DNA of 32,000 nucleotides from the NCBI GenBank assembly GCA_964373795.1, contig CAYJVY010000010.1, positions 1 to 32,000 of the forward strand. Direction: 5' to 3'. Shown here piece after piece: positions 1 to 9,272 of the stretch. A program made the position numbers and the translations under genes. The stretch is from an uncultured archaeon (GTDB lineage Archaea; Iainarchaeota; Iainarchaeia; Iainarchaeales; DATDZZ01). The first letter of the stretch is position 1. Every line of letters begins with the position of its first letter. The notes under the pieces are model-generated. The model was not told the DNA's origin. It saw nothing but the letters and a program-made list of their open reading frames with translations, and did no database searches.

Positions 1-94
1 AAAGTCTTTAGATGAAGCATCTAAAGAGCTTTCAATGAGTGAAGAAGAAATAAAAGTTGTTGAAGGAAAAATAATTGCCAAACTGTTGGGTTAG
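1..94 (+). CDS. 3' end of a small HTH-like protein (partial, runs off the left edge); paralog of 1609..1815
   Basis: The frame starting at nt 2 reads KSLDEASKELSMSEEEIKVVEGKIIAKLLG*. It aligns with the C-terminus of ORF 1609..1815 (LKSLVESSKELSLEVQKIKEIEEQVIAKLLN*) at both protein and nucleotide level. The pattern resembles a sigma-70 region-4-type HTH. Confidence 0.4.
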   Translation, partial: KSLDEASKELSMSEEEIKVVEGKIIAKLLG

Positions 95-134
95 ATTTGT
101 GTTGTTTGGAATCAAAAGATTTTTTGGCTAAAAA

Positions 135-1556
135 ATGCATTCAAAAAGATTTAAATTTTTTTCGGATTATAAAGATAATCATATGAATCCGATATTTGTT
201 AATAGGGTTGTGGAGCTTGATTTTCTTAACAAGATCTATAAAAAAAATGGAAAGCAGTTGATAATAATTTATGGTAGAAGAAGGGTTGGAAAAACTGAGC
301 TTATAAACCATTTTTGTATTAATAAAAAATCTGTGTATTTTTTGGCTGATAAAAGAGGAACTTTAAGTAATGCTAGGCGATTTGCAAAACTTTGTGCAGA
401 GCATTTTAAAGATGTGGAGCCACAGGTAAATAATTTTGATGATGCATTTTCGTATATAAAAAAACGTTTAGGAAAAGAAAAAACTGTAATAACTATTGAT
501 GAGTTTTCTTATTTAGTGGAAAAAGATCAAAGTATTTCTTCTGTTTTCCAATTAGTTTTTGATGAAATTTTGAAGGAAACAAATATTGTACTAATACTTT
601 GTGGTTCAAGCATATCAATGATGTATAAAGGAACTCTTAGCTATGAAAGTCCTTTATATGGAAGGAGAACTGGGGAATGGTTATTAAAAAAAATGTCTTT
701 CAAAGAAATTTCAAATTTTTTTCAAAAAGATTCTTTTGAAGAAAAGGTAAGAAAATATGCTGTTGTTGGTGGTATTCCGGCTTATGCGAAACATTTTTTA
801 GAAAAAAAAACAATTGAAGAAATTGAATTAACAGTATTAAAAAAAGGAGAAGTTTTGTATAACGAACCAGAAATTCTTTTAAAAGAAGAGTTAAGAGATC
901 CGTCAAGTTATTTTTCAATTTTAGAAGCCATGAGTAAAACTACAAAGCTTACTGAAATAGCAAACCTTGCAAATATTCCTGCAAAAGACTTGCCAAAATA
1001 TTTTAAGGTTTTAGAAGATTTAGAACTAATATATAAAGCAGTTCCGGTAACAGAAGGGAAATCAAAAAAAGCATCTTATTTTATAAAAGACAATTTCTTC
1101 AGGTTTTGGTTCAAATTTGTTTTTCCAAAAAAATCAGAACTTGAATCAGGAAAAATATCTACTGTTTTATTAGTCATAAAAAGAGAATTCAATGCATTTG
1201 TAGGCTTGATATTTGAACAAATTTGTTTAGAGTACTTGAAAGAACAGAAAATATTGCCTTTCACAAAAATTGGTAAGTGGTGGGGACATTCAAGAAAAAA
1301 TGGGAAAAGAGTAGTGGAAGAAATAGATATTGTTTCAATTGATGAAAGAGGAAAAACAATTCTTTTTGCTGAATGCAAATGGCAGGAAAAGGTTGATGCA
1401 GAAAAAGTTTTAAATGCTTTAATTGAAAAAGCAAAAAAAGTTGAATGGTTTAATAATGAAAGAAAAGAATATTATGCAGTATTTGCAAAAAGCTTTGCAA
1501 AAAAAACAGAGCTCAAAAACTGTTTTTTATTTGAGTTAAAACACTTGCAGAGTTAA
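135..1556 (+). CDS. P-loop ATPase (archaeal ATPase family) with a DUF234-type PD-(D/E)xK C-terminal module
   Basis: Walker A is GRRRVGKTEL and Walker B-like is VITIDEFSYL. The C-terminus has EIDIV...FAECKW (E-x-D ... E-x-K). An alternative, more typical start is the ATG at 183 (MNPIFVNRVVELDFL). Confidence 0.85.
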   Translation: MHSKRFKFFSDYKDNHMNPIFVNRVVELDFLNKIYKKNGKQLIIIYGRRRVGKTELINHFCINKKSVYFLADKRGTLSNARRFAKLCAEHFKDVEPQVNNFDDAFSYIKKRLGKEKTVITIDEFSYLVEKDQSISSVFQLVFDEILKETNIVLILCGSSISMMYKGTLSYESPLYGRRTGEWLLKKMSFKEISNFFQKDSFEEKVRKYAVVGGIPAYAKHFLEKKTIEEIELTVLKKGEVLYNEPEILLKEELRDPSSYFSILEAMSKTTKLTEIANLANIPAKDLPKYFKVLEDLELIYKAVPVTEGKSKKASYFIKDNFFRFWFKFVFPKKSELESGKISTVLLVIKREFNAFVGLIFEQICLEYLKEQKILPFTKIGKWWGHSRKNGKRVVEEIDIVSIDERGKTILFAECKWQEKVDAEKVLNALIEKAKKVEWFNNERKEYYAVFAKSFAKKTELKNCFLFELKHLQS

Positions 1557-1608
1557 AGGAGTAATTGAAATAAATGTTGTTCCAGCTAGTTCGGCTCCAG
1601 CAAGATAT

Positions 1609-1815
1609 TTGGTTCATGCAGATAATGTTCTTCAAAAAGAATTTAATGTTGCAGAAGTTTTATCTGGAATTGATTTAAGTGAAGAGGAGAAAAGAGTTGC
1701 TCAGAAAAGATTGATTGATTTAAAGTCTTTGGTTGAGTCTTCTAAAGAGCTTTCATTGGAAGTGCAGAAAATTAAGGAAATTGAAGAACAAGTAATTGCA
1801 AAACTATTGAATTGA
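1609..1815 (+). CDS. Small HTH-like protein or 5'-truncated gene fragment (TTG start only)
   Basis: The 68-codon ORF contains LSEEEKRVAQKRLIDLKSLVESSKELSLEVQKIKEIEEQVIAKL, matching the sigma-70 region-4.2 spacing pattern. The frame is open upstream to 1540 with no ATG. It is duplicated at 1..94. Confidence 0.35.
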   Translation: MVHADNVLQKEFNVAEVLSGIDLSEEEKRVAQKRLIDLKSLVESSKELSLEVQKIKEIEEQVIAKLLN

Positions 1816-1819
1816 GTTA

Positions 1820-3109
1820 TTATTGAATGTATTGTTTTTTTAGTAGCAGGAATTTCCATGCCGGGATTATTTTGATTTTGATTTTGTTAATGGTTTCTGT
1901 TTTTTCTGTTTCTTTTGAAATGATTATTCCTTCAGTTAGTTTTAGTTTTCTTGCAATGTATGCAAATTTTTTTGAGTTTATTTCATTTTCTCTATATTTT
2001 ACCTCCACTGGTAAGACTTTTTTTCCAATTTTTATAATAAAGTCTATTTCTTGGGAAAGTTTTCTATAATAATGTTCTGCATCAATTTCTTTTGCTATGA
2101 CGTTTTCTATTATTTTTCCAATAAATTCGCTTTTTTGAAAGTCTGTTGAGTAGGCTATACTTATTGATGGTTCGGATAAATAAATTTTTTTCAGTTTCCT
2201 TGATGAGGATAAAAAGTTTTCCCTATAATTTGAAACAGTTTTGATTATTAATGAGTGTTTAAGGTATGAAATATAGTTTGAAATTGTTAACTTGTTTTTT
2301 GCAAAATCTTTGGATAACTTTTCAATGTTGAGAGTCATTCCAGGGTTTGATGAAAACAATTCCATTATTTTTTGTAACAGTTCTGTGTCTTTTATTCCAA
2401 ATTCTTCTGGTAGGTCTTTAAAAATAATTTTTTCAATTAAAGTGTTTTTTAAATATTTTTTGATTTTTTCTTCATCCTCTTCAAGAACTATTTCAGGGAA
2501 GGCGCGCATAAGGTAGTTGTTGAATTGTGTTATTAGTCTTTCTTTGAACAGTTCTAGTTCATTGTCTTTAAACGGTATTTGTTTTATTTTTAGAAACTCG
2601 GCAAAACTTAAAGGCTTTAAATGGAATTCAAATATTCTTCCAGCAAGACTTTCCTTGGATTTTTTTTGTAGTATTACTGCTGCCGAGCCAGATAAAAAAA
2701 TTTTTATTTTTGGATATAAATCATAGTAAATTTTTATCTTGTTTTGCCAGTCTTCACATTTTTGAATTTCGTCCAAAAACAAGTAAACCTTTTCTAAGTC
2801 AAAGTCTTTTTTTAAGACTTCTTTCCTATAAGTTTCAAGCACATCGTTTAAGTCAGCTTTTGTTTCATCAAAAGAAAAATAAAGAATGTTTTTTGAATTA
2901 GTTTTTTCGTCGAGCAATTTTTGAATCAATTGATAAAGAATTGTTGTCTTTCCTACTTGCCTTAAACCAATTATCATTAAGGCCTGTTTGTTTTTCACAT
3001 ATTTTTCTAGGCTGAAAAACAAATCTCTTTTGGATTCTCTTAACAAGCCCTCTTTCACTCTTCCATCTATCCACCAGTTATTAAATTTTGACAAATTTTC
3101 AATCAACAT
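1820..3109 (-). CDS. P-loop ATPase (AAA_14-like) with a DUF4143-type PD-(D/E)xK C-terminal module
   Basis: Walker A is GLRQVGKTT and Walker B is VYLFLDEIQ. The C-terminus has EIDFII...PVEVKY. The ORF extends to a GTG at 3157. However, the first ATG (3109) sits about 27 nt downstream of a TATA-like box that lies inside that extension, so I place the start at 3109. Confidence 0.85.
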   Translation of the reverse strand: MLIENLSKFNNWWIDGRVKEGLLRESKRDLFFSLEKYVKNKQALMIIGLRQVGKTTILYQLIQKLLDEKTNSKNILYFSFDETKADLNDVLETYRKEVLKKDFDLEKVYLFLDEIQKCEDWQNKIKIYYDLYPKIKIFLSGSAAVILQKKSKESLAGRIFEFHLKPLSFAEFLKIKQIPFKDNELELFKERLITQFNNYLMRAFPEIVLEEDEEKIKKYLKNTLIEKIIFKDLPEEFGIKDTELLQKIMELFSSNPGMTLNIEKLSKDFAKNKLTISNYISYLKHSLIIKTVSNYRENFLSSSRKLKKIYLSEPSISIAYSTDFQKSEFIGKIIENVIAKEIDAEHYYRKLSQEIDFIIKIGKKVLPVEVKYRENEINSKKFAYIARKLKLTEGIIISKETEKTETINKIKIKIIPAWKFLLLKKQYIQ

Positions 3110-3160
3110 ATTAGTATATTGCACTATACCAATATTTAAATTATTAGTATAGTGCACTAT
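3109..3160 (-). promoter_or_regulatory. Candidate leaderless promoter: two 19-nt direct repeats, each with a 12-bp palindromic core, flanking a TATA-like box
   Basis: On the + strand, tattagtataTtgcactat (3109-3127) and tattagtataGtgcactat (3142-3160) differ by one mismatch. The core ATAGTGCACTAT (3149-3160) is a perfect palindrome. aatatttaaa (3131-3140) lies between the repeats. The proximal repeat abuts the ATG at 3109. Confidence 0.5.
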
Positions 3161-3277
3161 GCTTTGCTGTTAAAAGGAATTTTGATGAATGGCGCTTATT
3201 TTTTTTGAAAAGAAAGTTATTTATATGTTTTTTAGTATATATTTTTAGTTAATTATTTTTTTAATTATTAGTGGTTA

Positions 3278-5944
3278 GTGGTTTTTGTGTTTTCAAAAAA
3301 ATTAATTTTTGCTTTATTGTTTTTTGTTTTAATTTTTTTAGCTGGATGTGTTTCTAAAGCAAAATGTGAGGAAACATGTGTTTCTCCTAACAAGTGTGTA
3401 AATGAACCAATTAAAACAGGAATTCTTCCCCCAATTGATAATTTTGTTTGCAAAGAGGTTAAGCCTTCTGAAGCTAATACAGAACCTATTGAAAAAAGTC
3501 CTGAATTAGAAGCATTTGAAAAAGCGCTTGGTCTTCAAGATTATCTTTCTAAAGCGTTAGCAGTTCCAGAAGAAGAAATTGAAAAAGAAGTTTCTCAAAT
3601 GATTTTAATTGATCCTGTTTCACAACAATTTACAATGTATGCTGGAGCAAAAGCAGTTCCAGAAGAAATAATTTCAAAGGCAAGAAAAGAAACTGGAGGA
3701 AAAGTTCCAGGAATTTTTACTGCAACTCCTTTAGCTGACAAGTTTGTGAGAATTCCAGATAATCAAATAAAAATTGATTCAACTAAACCACTTGTTGTTA
3801 TGGTTGATGTAAATCCATCAGATCCAAAGATGAAGGGTTTAATTGGACAAGATGTTTCAATTACTTTAGAAGGCCCTGAAAAAGATGTAGTAACTATTTC
3901 AGGAAAAATAAATGATAACGGGTTTTTTATTGGAATAGTTGATCCAGTAAGACTTCCGCTTGGAATAGAAAATGATTTCATGAAATTGAATTTTAAACTT
4001 GTAGCTAAGGATATTAAACCAATTGAAATAACTAATAAATTTCTTGTTGCTTCTCTTCTTCCTCCCCCGCCTGTTAATGTTGGAAATAATCCAATAATTA
4101 GAATTGGTTATAAGACTGATGCTCGAACTCCTGTTTCGGGATTTGATTCAAGTAAATGCCCTGGAGCAGACCAAAAAGGCGAATCTTGTGTTGGAAAACT
4201 TCTCACTTGGTGTAGAAATGTAAATGATAGAGATGCAAGTTATACTTGCAATGATAAAACAGGGTGTTGTGAATCTGTTTCTCAGTCAACTACTGATGTT
4301 GGAAATAAAGTTACAGAGCCTTTAATTACTTTTGATTTTGATAACATGCCTCCAATAACTCGGCTTGTTGAAGAAAAATCAAATGGCCCTAAACCTTTTT
4401 TTGTAGAAGTCACTTCAAATAAGCCTAGAACTCCTTACAATATTTCCTTTACTAATCCTAAAACAAAAGCAGAATTACTCATTGTTCAAGGCGAAACAAA
4501 TCATGAAGGAATAGATTTAGCAAAAATATTTGTTTGTAAAGAAGAAGAGAAAGACAAAGAAACTCCTTCACCTCCAAACATTTTAATTGTTTCAGGTCTA
4601 ACTGTTGCTAGAGCTTCTCCTCCTAATAATAGTGAAACTCATGCTGTTGCAGCTGTTTTACCTTCTGTAAAAGATTCTCATCAAGGAATTGCAGCAGTTC
4701 TTCCAACAGAATATAAACCTCCTTTTGGAGTAACTGCTTTAACTACTTTGGCATTGCAAGGAGGCTCTAGATGGACTCCTCCACATGAAGAACTTGCATG
4801 TCCTTCAACTAATAATAGAACAGCTAGATTTGGAACTAGTTTACCAAGACCATTCTCTCAAGCCGAACAAGATTTATGGAATAATGGACAAGCAATTGAT
4901 AACTTGTTTAATTCATTGCAAAATGAGTTAAAAGGAAAGGTTGATAGAAAAGAAATAACTCCAAAAGCTGCCGAGAAACAAGGTAATGCGACACTTAATC
5001 AAGAAGCTGCAAGTAGATGGGGAAATAATGCTCAAGCTAATTGGAATCAATACCAATCTCTTAAAAATCAATTAAATCAACAAGCTTCTAGGCTAAAAAA
5101 AAGTGAGGTTAGCGACCGAATTGATAGAATTAAAAAAGGAAGGTCTAGACCTGGAGATGAGGTTGTAGAAAATTATCTTAATTGTTTGGAAGGAACTTTT
5201 TCTTGTGCTGCAGGCTGCAGTAAAAGTGAATCCCCTCCAACTGAGTCAGTTGAATTTGATTTAGCTAATGGAAGAGTAGTATATTTATGTAGTAGAAGCA
5301 TTTCCTGTTCCCCTGAATCTCAAGTTGGATGTAATTTAAGAGTTGATCCAGAAAACCCTCCAGAAGTTGCAGTAGCTTTTTTGACTCCTTTAACATCATT
5401 GCCAAAAGAAACTACTACTTCAAGTGATCCAAATACCCCTTCAAAAGATGTTTTTGTTACACGTCTTCCTGATAGAACTGAAAGTCAGCAAGTTCCACTA
5501 GGAGATTTAACTGTTAAAAAATTAAAGGATAGTTTTTTAGCTAAAAAAAAGGAAAGTATTGAAGCACTTAAACAGGCTTTAATTGCTTATGTGGATCCTT
5601 TTAATAAGAAAGTTGAAAAAAAGGTTGCAGATAGAGAAACTTGTTTTGGACATAACACTACTGTTGAAAAGCTTTCTACAAATGTTTCAGTGGGTGGAAT
5701 AAAAGTTTCAGGTGAGTCTTATAGTTTGGTAGGCATTGAAACAGGAGTAGGAGAAAGAGCTAAATGTGAGAAAACTTCTTGTGGGCCACAAGTATGTGGA
5801 GCTATTTATGGATGTGTATTGACTAGTGGATCAGTAAGGGGGTTTTGCAAGCCACTTGAAGCAGCAGTTGTTGTTGGTGAAAACGGTGTTCCAGAACTAA
5901 CTCGTGGAGGAACAGAAGCAGTAACAACTGGAGTTGCAAGTTAA
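3278..5944 (+). CDS. Large secreted Cys-rich lipoprotein or surface protein, function unknown
   Basis: 888 aa. The N-terminal hydrophobic signal ends in the lipobox L-A-G-C (FLAGCVSKA). There are many Cys clusters (CEETCVSPNKC, CCESV, CAAGCS, CGPQVCGAIYGC), a PPPP linker and a Q/N-rich coiled segment. The start is GTG. Confidence 0.7.
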   Translation: MVFVFSKKLIFALLFFVLIFLAGCVSKAKCEETCVSPNKCVNEPIKTGILPPIDNFVCKEVKPSEANTEPIEKSPELEAFEKALGLQDYLSKALAVPEEEIEKEVSQMILIDPVSQQFTMYAGAKAVPEEIISKARKETGGKVPGIFTATPLADKFVRIPDNQIKIDSTKPLVVMVDVNPSDPKMKGLIGQDVSITLEGPEKDVVTISGKINDNGFFIGIVDPVRLPLGIENDFMKLNFKLVAKDIKPIEITNKFLVASLLPPPPVNVGNNPIIRIGYKTDARTPVSGFDSSKCPGADQKGESCVGKLLTWCRNVNDRDASYTCNDKTGCCESVSQSTTDVGNKVTEPLITFDFDNMPPITRLVEEKSNGPKPFFVEVTSNKPRTPYNISFTNPKTKAELLIVQGETNHEGIDLAKIFVCKEEEKDKETPSPPNILIVSGLTVARASPPNNSETHAVAAVLPSVKDSHQGIAAVLPTEYKPPFGVTALTTLALQGGSRWTPPHEELACPSTNNRTARFGTSLPRPFSQAEQDLWNNGQAIDNLFNSLQNELKGKVDRKEITPKAAEKQGNATLNQEAASRWGNNAQANWNQYQSLKNQLNQQASRLKKSEVSDRIDRIKKGRSRPGDEVVENYLNCLEGTFSCAAGCSKSESPPTESVEFDLANGRVVYLCSRSISCSPESQVGCNLRVDPENPPEVAVAFLTPLTSLPKETTTSSDPNTPSKDVFVTRLPDRTESQQVPLGDLTVKKLKDSFLAKKKESIEALKQALIAYVDPFNKKVEKKVADRETCFGHNTTVEKLSTNVSVGGIKVSGESYSLVGIETGVGERAKCEKTSCGPQVCGAIYGCVLTSGSVRGFCKPLEAAVVVGENGVPELTRGGTEAVTTGVAS

Positions 5945-6079
5945 ATTTTTTTCAAATTACTGTACAGTTTTTTTATTTTTGTATTAATTTGTTTTTGTAC
6001 CAAAACTTCTTTATAAGCCTCTTGCAGTAGTACATTAGATTGACTTCACCTCTAAAACTTGATTAAAGTTTTGGATGCT

Positions 6080-6115
6080 TTTGGAGGCTTAGTCCTCCAA
6101 ATCCTTTTTCTTTTT
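6080..6115 (+). terminator. Hairpin followed by a T-tract (candidate terminator downstream of the 888-aa gene)
   Basis: tttggagg (6080-6087) pairs with cctccaaa (6094-6101) across the loop cttagt. It is followed by tcctttttcttttt. Confidence 0.4.
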
Positions 6116-6146
6116 ATTGGTTCTAATTAATGTGTTTAAAGGAGGA

Positions 6147-6530
6147 ATGGATTTGAATAAATTAATTATTTTAAGTGTTTTTGCATTTCTTTTAGTGAAT
6201 TTGACTTTGGTTTTTGCTCAAGGAGTTGAAGTATTCACTAATCCTTTAAGAGTTTTAAGTGATTTTGCAAAAGAATTTGATTTAATTACATCTGTTTTAA
6301 CTTTTCTTTTATCTCTTGTATTGCTTGTAGTTGCAGTGAAAGCTTATAAAAAGAATCCTTCAAAGAAATTTTTGTTTGTTTCACTTGCTTTTGCATTGTT
6401 TTCAGTTAAATGGATTTTAAAAATTTTTGATTTCTTTCTTAGTCCTGGAAAGTTTTTTGCAGATGCATCTGAAAACGTGTTTGAATTATTTTTATTAGGA
6501 GCATTGTTTTTAGCAATTTTTGGAAAATAG
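6147..6530 (+). CDS. Small multi-pass membrane protein
   Basis: It reads MDLNKLIILSVFAFLLVNLTLVFAQG followed by further hydrophobic helices. The ORF opens at TTG 6117, so the start is ambiguous (TTG 6117, GTG 6132 or ATG 6147). Its stop overlaps the start of the next gene. Confidence 0.6.
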   Translation: MDLNKLIILSVFAFLLVNLTLVFAQGVEVFTNPLRVLSDFAKEFDLITSVLTFLLSLVLLVVAVKAYKKNPSKKFLFVSLAFALFSVKWILKIFDFFLSPGKFFADASENVFELFLLGALFLAIFGK

Positions 6531-7077
6531 GTTGATTTGCTTGCCTGAATTTGATGAAGCTCTTTCCTTGACTACTAGGGAAAGAATCTATAAAGAAATT
6601 GATTCTTCTCCTGGTTTGCATTTTCGTGAAATTCAAAGAAGAAGTAATGTAGCTGTTGGCTCTTTACAGTATCATTTAGAGTACTTGCAAAAAAGGCATT
6701 TAATTAAAACAGTGAGGGAAGGAAAATTTTTACGTTATTATAGTGTTCGCGGCAAACAATTAGGTGAGAACAGAGAGTTAATGTCTTTATTAAGGCAAGA
6801 CTCTGTTAGAAAAATTATTCTTTTTTTACTGCAAAACCAGCGTGCAAATAATATTGCTATTTCTAAAAGCATTGGTTTAAGTCCTTCAACTACTTCTTGG
6901 CATTTAGAGAAATTAATGCAGCAAAACTTGATTAAAACTCGAAAGAGAGGTAGAAAGGTTTTCTATTACTTGCATGATAAAGAAAAAATAGCTGAATTCA
7001 TTGTACAGCATAGGAAAAGCTTTTTCGACGAATTAGTAGACAACTTTGTAGATGTCTGGAAAGAGCTTGAAACATGA
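6520..7077 (+). CDS. Transcriptional regulator with two winged-helix (ArsR/TrmB-like) domains
   Basis: Two HTH units are present: GLHFREIQRRSNVAVGSLQYHLEYLQKRHLIKTVREGKFLRYY and ANNIAISKSIGLSPSTTSWHLEKLMQQNLIKTRKRGRKVFYY. The TTG start overlaps the upstream stop. Confidence 0.75.
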   Translation: MENRLICLPEFDEALSLTTRERIYKEIDSSPGLHFREIQRRSNVAVGSLQYHLEYLQKRHLIKTVREGKFLRYYSVRGKQLGENRELMSLLRQDSVRKIILFLLQNQRANNIAISKSIGLSPSTTSWHLEKLMQQNLIKTRKRGRKVFYYLHDKEKIAEFIVQHRKSFFDELVDNFVDVWKELET

Positions 7078-7098
7078 AAAGAAAGACTTTGGTCGGTT

Positions 7099-8538
7099 TT
7101 ACTTGAAGTCTTCCAAGTCAAATGCAGTAAAGCCATTTTTTCTTAGTTTTTGTTTTCCTTCAATTTTTTTAGCAACCAATCCAAGTTTTAAGTTAGCTGG
7201 TTTTTTGTGCAAATGGCTTGTTTTCTTTTCAAGTTCCTTTAAAATATTCAATGCTTCTTGAATTGTTAGTTTGCTCCATTTGAATTCAAAAACAAAGCTT
7301 TCTTTTACATTCTTTCCAATTAAATCAATTTCGTAAACATTTTCTCCTTTTTTTGCTCCTTGAATTTTTCCCCATGGTCTCTTGGCTTCTTTTAAATTTA
7401 GTTCTTTAATCAAAAATTCTTTTGCTACTTTTTCAAACGCTTTGCCATAAACTGTGTTTAGGTTTTCCTTAATTTTTTTCATAAACTCTGTTTTTCTTGC
7501 AACGTAATCAGAGTAATTCTTATAAATCTCGGAAAACCAGTATTGCATCAAAGAATGTTTGATTTTGTAAATGCCTCTTTTTCCTTCAAAAGGCATTTCA
7601 AATTCGATCAACTCAAAATAATCCTTTAACTCCTTAACCTGCCTTGTTATGGAAGTGGGAATAGTATTCAAAGTACTTGCAATTAAAGACAAAGTGTTGT
7701 TTCCGTTAGCAATTGCTTCAAGAATGGAGTAATATATTCCACTTCTTCCACCAAATTCTTGTGAAAGAATGCTGTTAATCTCATCTTCTAAAGGTGCATT
7801 TCTTGCAAACAACAAATAATTAAATATTTCTTCTGCCTTTTTTCCCAGCAAGCCAAAATCTTCAATTGCAACAAAATACTTTGGATAACCGCCAAAAACA
7901 CAATAAAATTTTACCAAGTCTTCTTTGCTTAACTTTAATTCCTTGCCTAACTCCAAGCAGGAATTCAAGCTCAAAGGTTCAAGCTTAAAACCTCTTTTAA
8001 TTCTTCCATACAAAGGTTCTTTGGAACTCTTAAATAAATTCTTCATCAAGCCAATTAGGGAACCAGAAAGAATTATCAATCCAGGTTTGTTTTCATTCAA
8101 GTCAATGGTTTTCTGCAAGATTCCAAAAACAGCTGGTTCAACAAAAGCAAAGTTTTGAAACTCGTCAAAAACAATAGGGGGAGACTCTTTTTTAATCAAA
8201 ACTTCAAAAAACTTGTCCCAAGAAGTAAGGCTTTCTAATTCTCTAAGAACTTTTGATTCTTTTAAGATGGCTTGAAATTCGCTTAGCAAGTCAGTGGAAG
8301 TCTTATTTTTGTTGACAAAAAAGTAAAGTCCCTTGTTTTTAAGGAATTCTAACAAAAGCCTTGTCTTGCCAACTCGCCTCAAACCAAACAAGGCTATAAC
8401 AAACAGCTTCTTTTTTGAAAGAGCTTCAATATCTCTTAACTCTTTCAATTCCAATTCCCTATCAACAAACCTCAAATATATCCACCTACTGAATAATTCA
8501 GTAACTGAATATGTATTTAAGGCTATTGTTTGATGCAA
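7099..8538 (-). CDS. P-loop ATPase (archaeal ATPase family) with a DUF234-type PD-(D/E)xK module; paralog of 135..1556
   Basis: Walker A is GLRRVGKTRL and Walker B is PIVFDEFQNF. The C-terminus has EIDLIG...VFEFKW. The start is TTG. Confidence 0.85.
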   Translation of the reverse strand: MHQTIALNTYSVTELFSRWIYLRFVDRELELKELRDIEALSKKKLFVIALFGLRRVGKTRLLLEFLKNKGLYFFVNKNKTSTDLLSEFQAILKESKVLRELESLTSWDKFFEVLIKKESPPIVFDEFQNFAFVEPAVFGILQKTIDLNENKPGLIILSGSLIGLMKNLFKSSKEPLYGRIKRGFKLEPLSLNSCLELGKELKLSKEDLVKFYCVFGGYPKYFVAIEDFGLLGKKAEEIFNYLLFARNAPLEDEINSILSQEFGGRSGIYYSILEAIANGNNTLSLIASTLNTIPTSITRQVKELKDYFELIEFEMPFEGKRGIYKIKHSLMQYWFSEIYKNYSDYVARKTEFMKKIKENLNTVYGKAFEKVAKEFLIKELNLKEAKRPWGKIQGAKKGENVYEIDLIGKNVKESFVFEFKWSKLTIQEALNILKELEKKTSHLHKKPANLKLGLVAKKIEGKQKLRKNGFTAFDLEDFK

Positions 8539-8586
8539 CCCGCCTGCCTTGCAGGAAACTGAAAATTTGAAGTTGTTTCTAAGTTG

Positions 8587-8958
8587 TTATTTATTTTCTT
8601 TTAATTCTTCAATTGTTTCTTCATAATTATTTTTGAATTTTGTTTTTTGAAGTATTTCTTCTAATTTGTCAAAATCGATTTTTCCTGTTTTTATTAGGTT
8701 TAATATGTCTCTTTTGTCTTTTTGAATTTTGAATTCTTTTCGTGCAGTCCAAACTTTCTTGTTCTTAATAAATTTAACAAACTTATGCAAGTCAAAAGTT
8801 CTATCCCTTAATGCCTTAACTTTATAGACAAGTAGTAGTTCTAATGAAGGGATCAACATTTTTAATCCATCAACTTCAGATTTAATGTTATATTCATAAG
8901 CCAATTTCCAAGGAATTTCAATGTTGTTATTTTCATGCAATTTATTTGGTTCATTCAA
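8587..8958 (-). CDS. C-terminal half of an AbiEii/DUF1814-like nucleotidyltransferase (split gene or frameshift)
   Basis: LELLLVYKVKALRDRTFDL matches the K-x-x-A-L-x-x-R C-terminal motif of AbiEii-type NTases. The TTG start overlaps the upstream stop as TTGA. Confidence 0.5.
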   Translation of the reverse strand: MNEPNKLHENNNIEIPWKLAYEYNIKSEVDGLKMLIPSLELLLVYKVKALRDRTFDLHKFVKFIKNKKVWTARKEFKIQKDKRDILNLIKTGKIDFDKLEEILQKTKFKNNYEETIEELKENK

Positions 8959-9272
8959 GTTATTAAATCAAATATTAAAGAATTAATTGTAATTCCTCTA
9001 ACTTCTTCTAAGCTCTCTAAAACTAACTCAAAAGAAATATTTTCTTGATTATCCTTGTCTTCAACAAATTTATGTTCATCAAAAAATTTTTTTAATTTTT
9101 GAATATCGTTTTTTGATTTCAGTAAAACATCTACATCAATTGATTGCTCAACTTGCGTTAGTGAGTAAACAGCCCACCCGCCTAAAATTATTGGTTCATA
9201 ACCTAACTCCTTTTTGGCATAAAATAAAAATTTCTTTAAATACTCTTTAGACAAATCAGTTATATCAGACAT
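8955..9272 (-). CDS. N-terminal nucleotidyltransferase-fold half (AbiEii-like)
   Basis: ILGGWAVYSL...SIDVDVLL is the G-G/S ... D-x-D minimal NTase signature. Its start lies immediately after the stop of the wHTH gene (9273). Confidence 0.55.
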   Translation of the reverse strand: MSDITDLSKEYLKKFLFYAKKELGYEPIILGGWAVYSLTQVEQSIDVDVLLKSKNDIQKLKKFFDEHKFVEDKDNQENISFELVLESLEEVRGITINSLIFDLIT

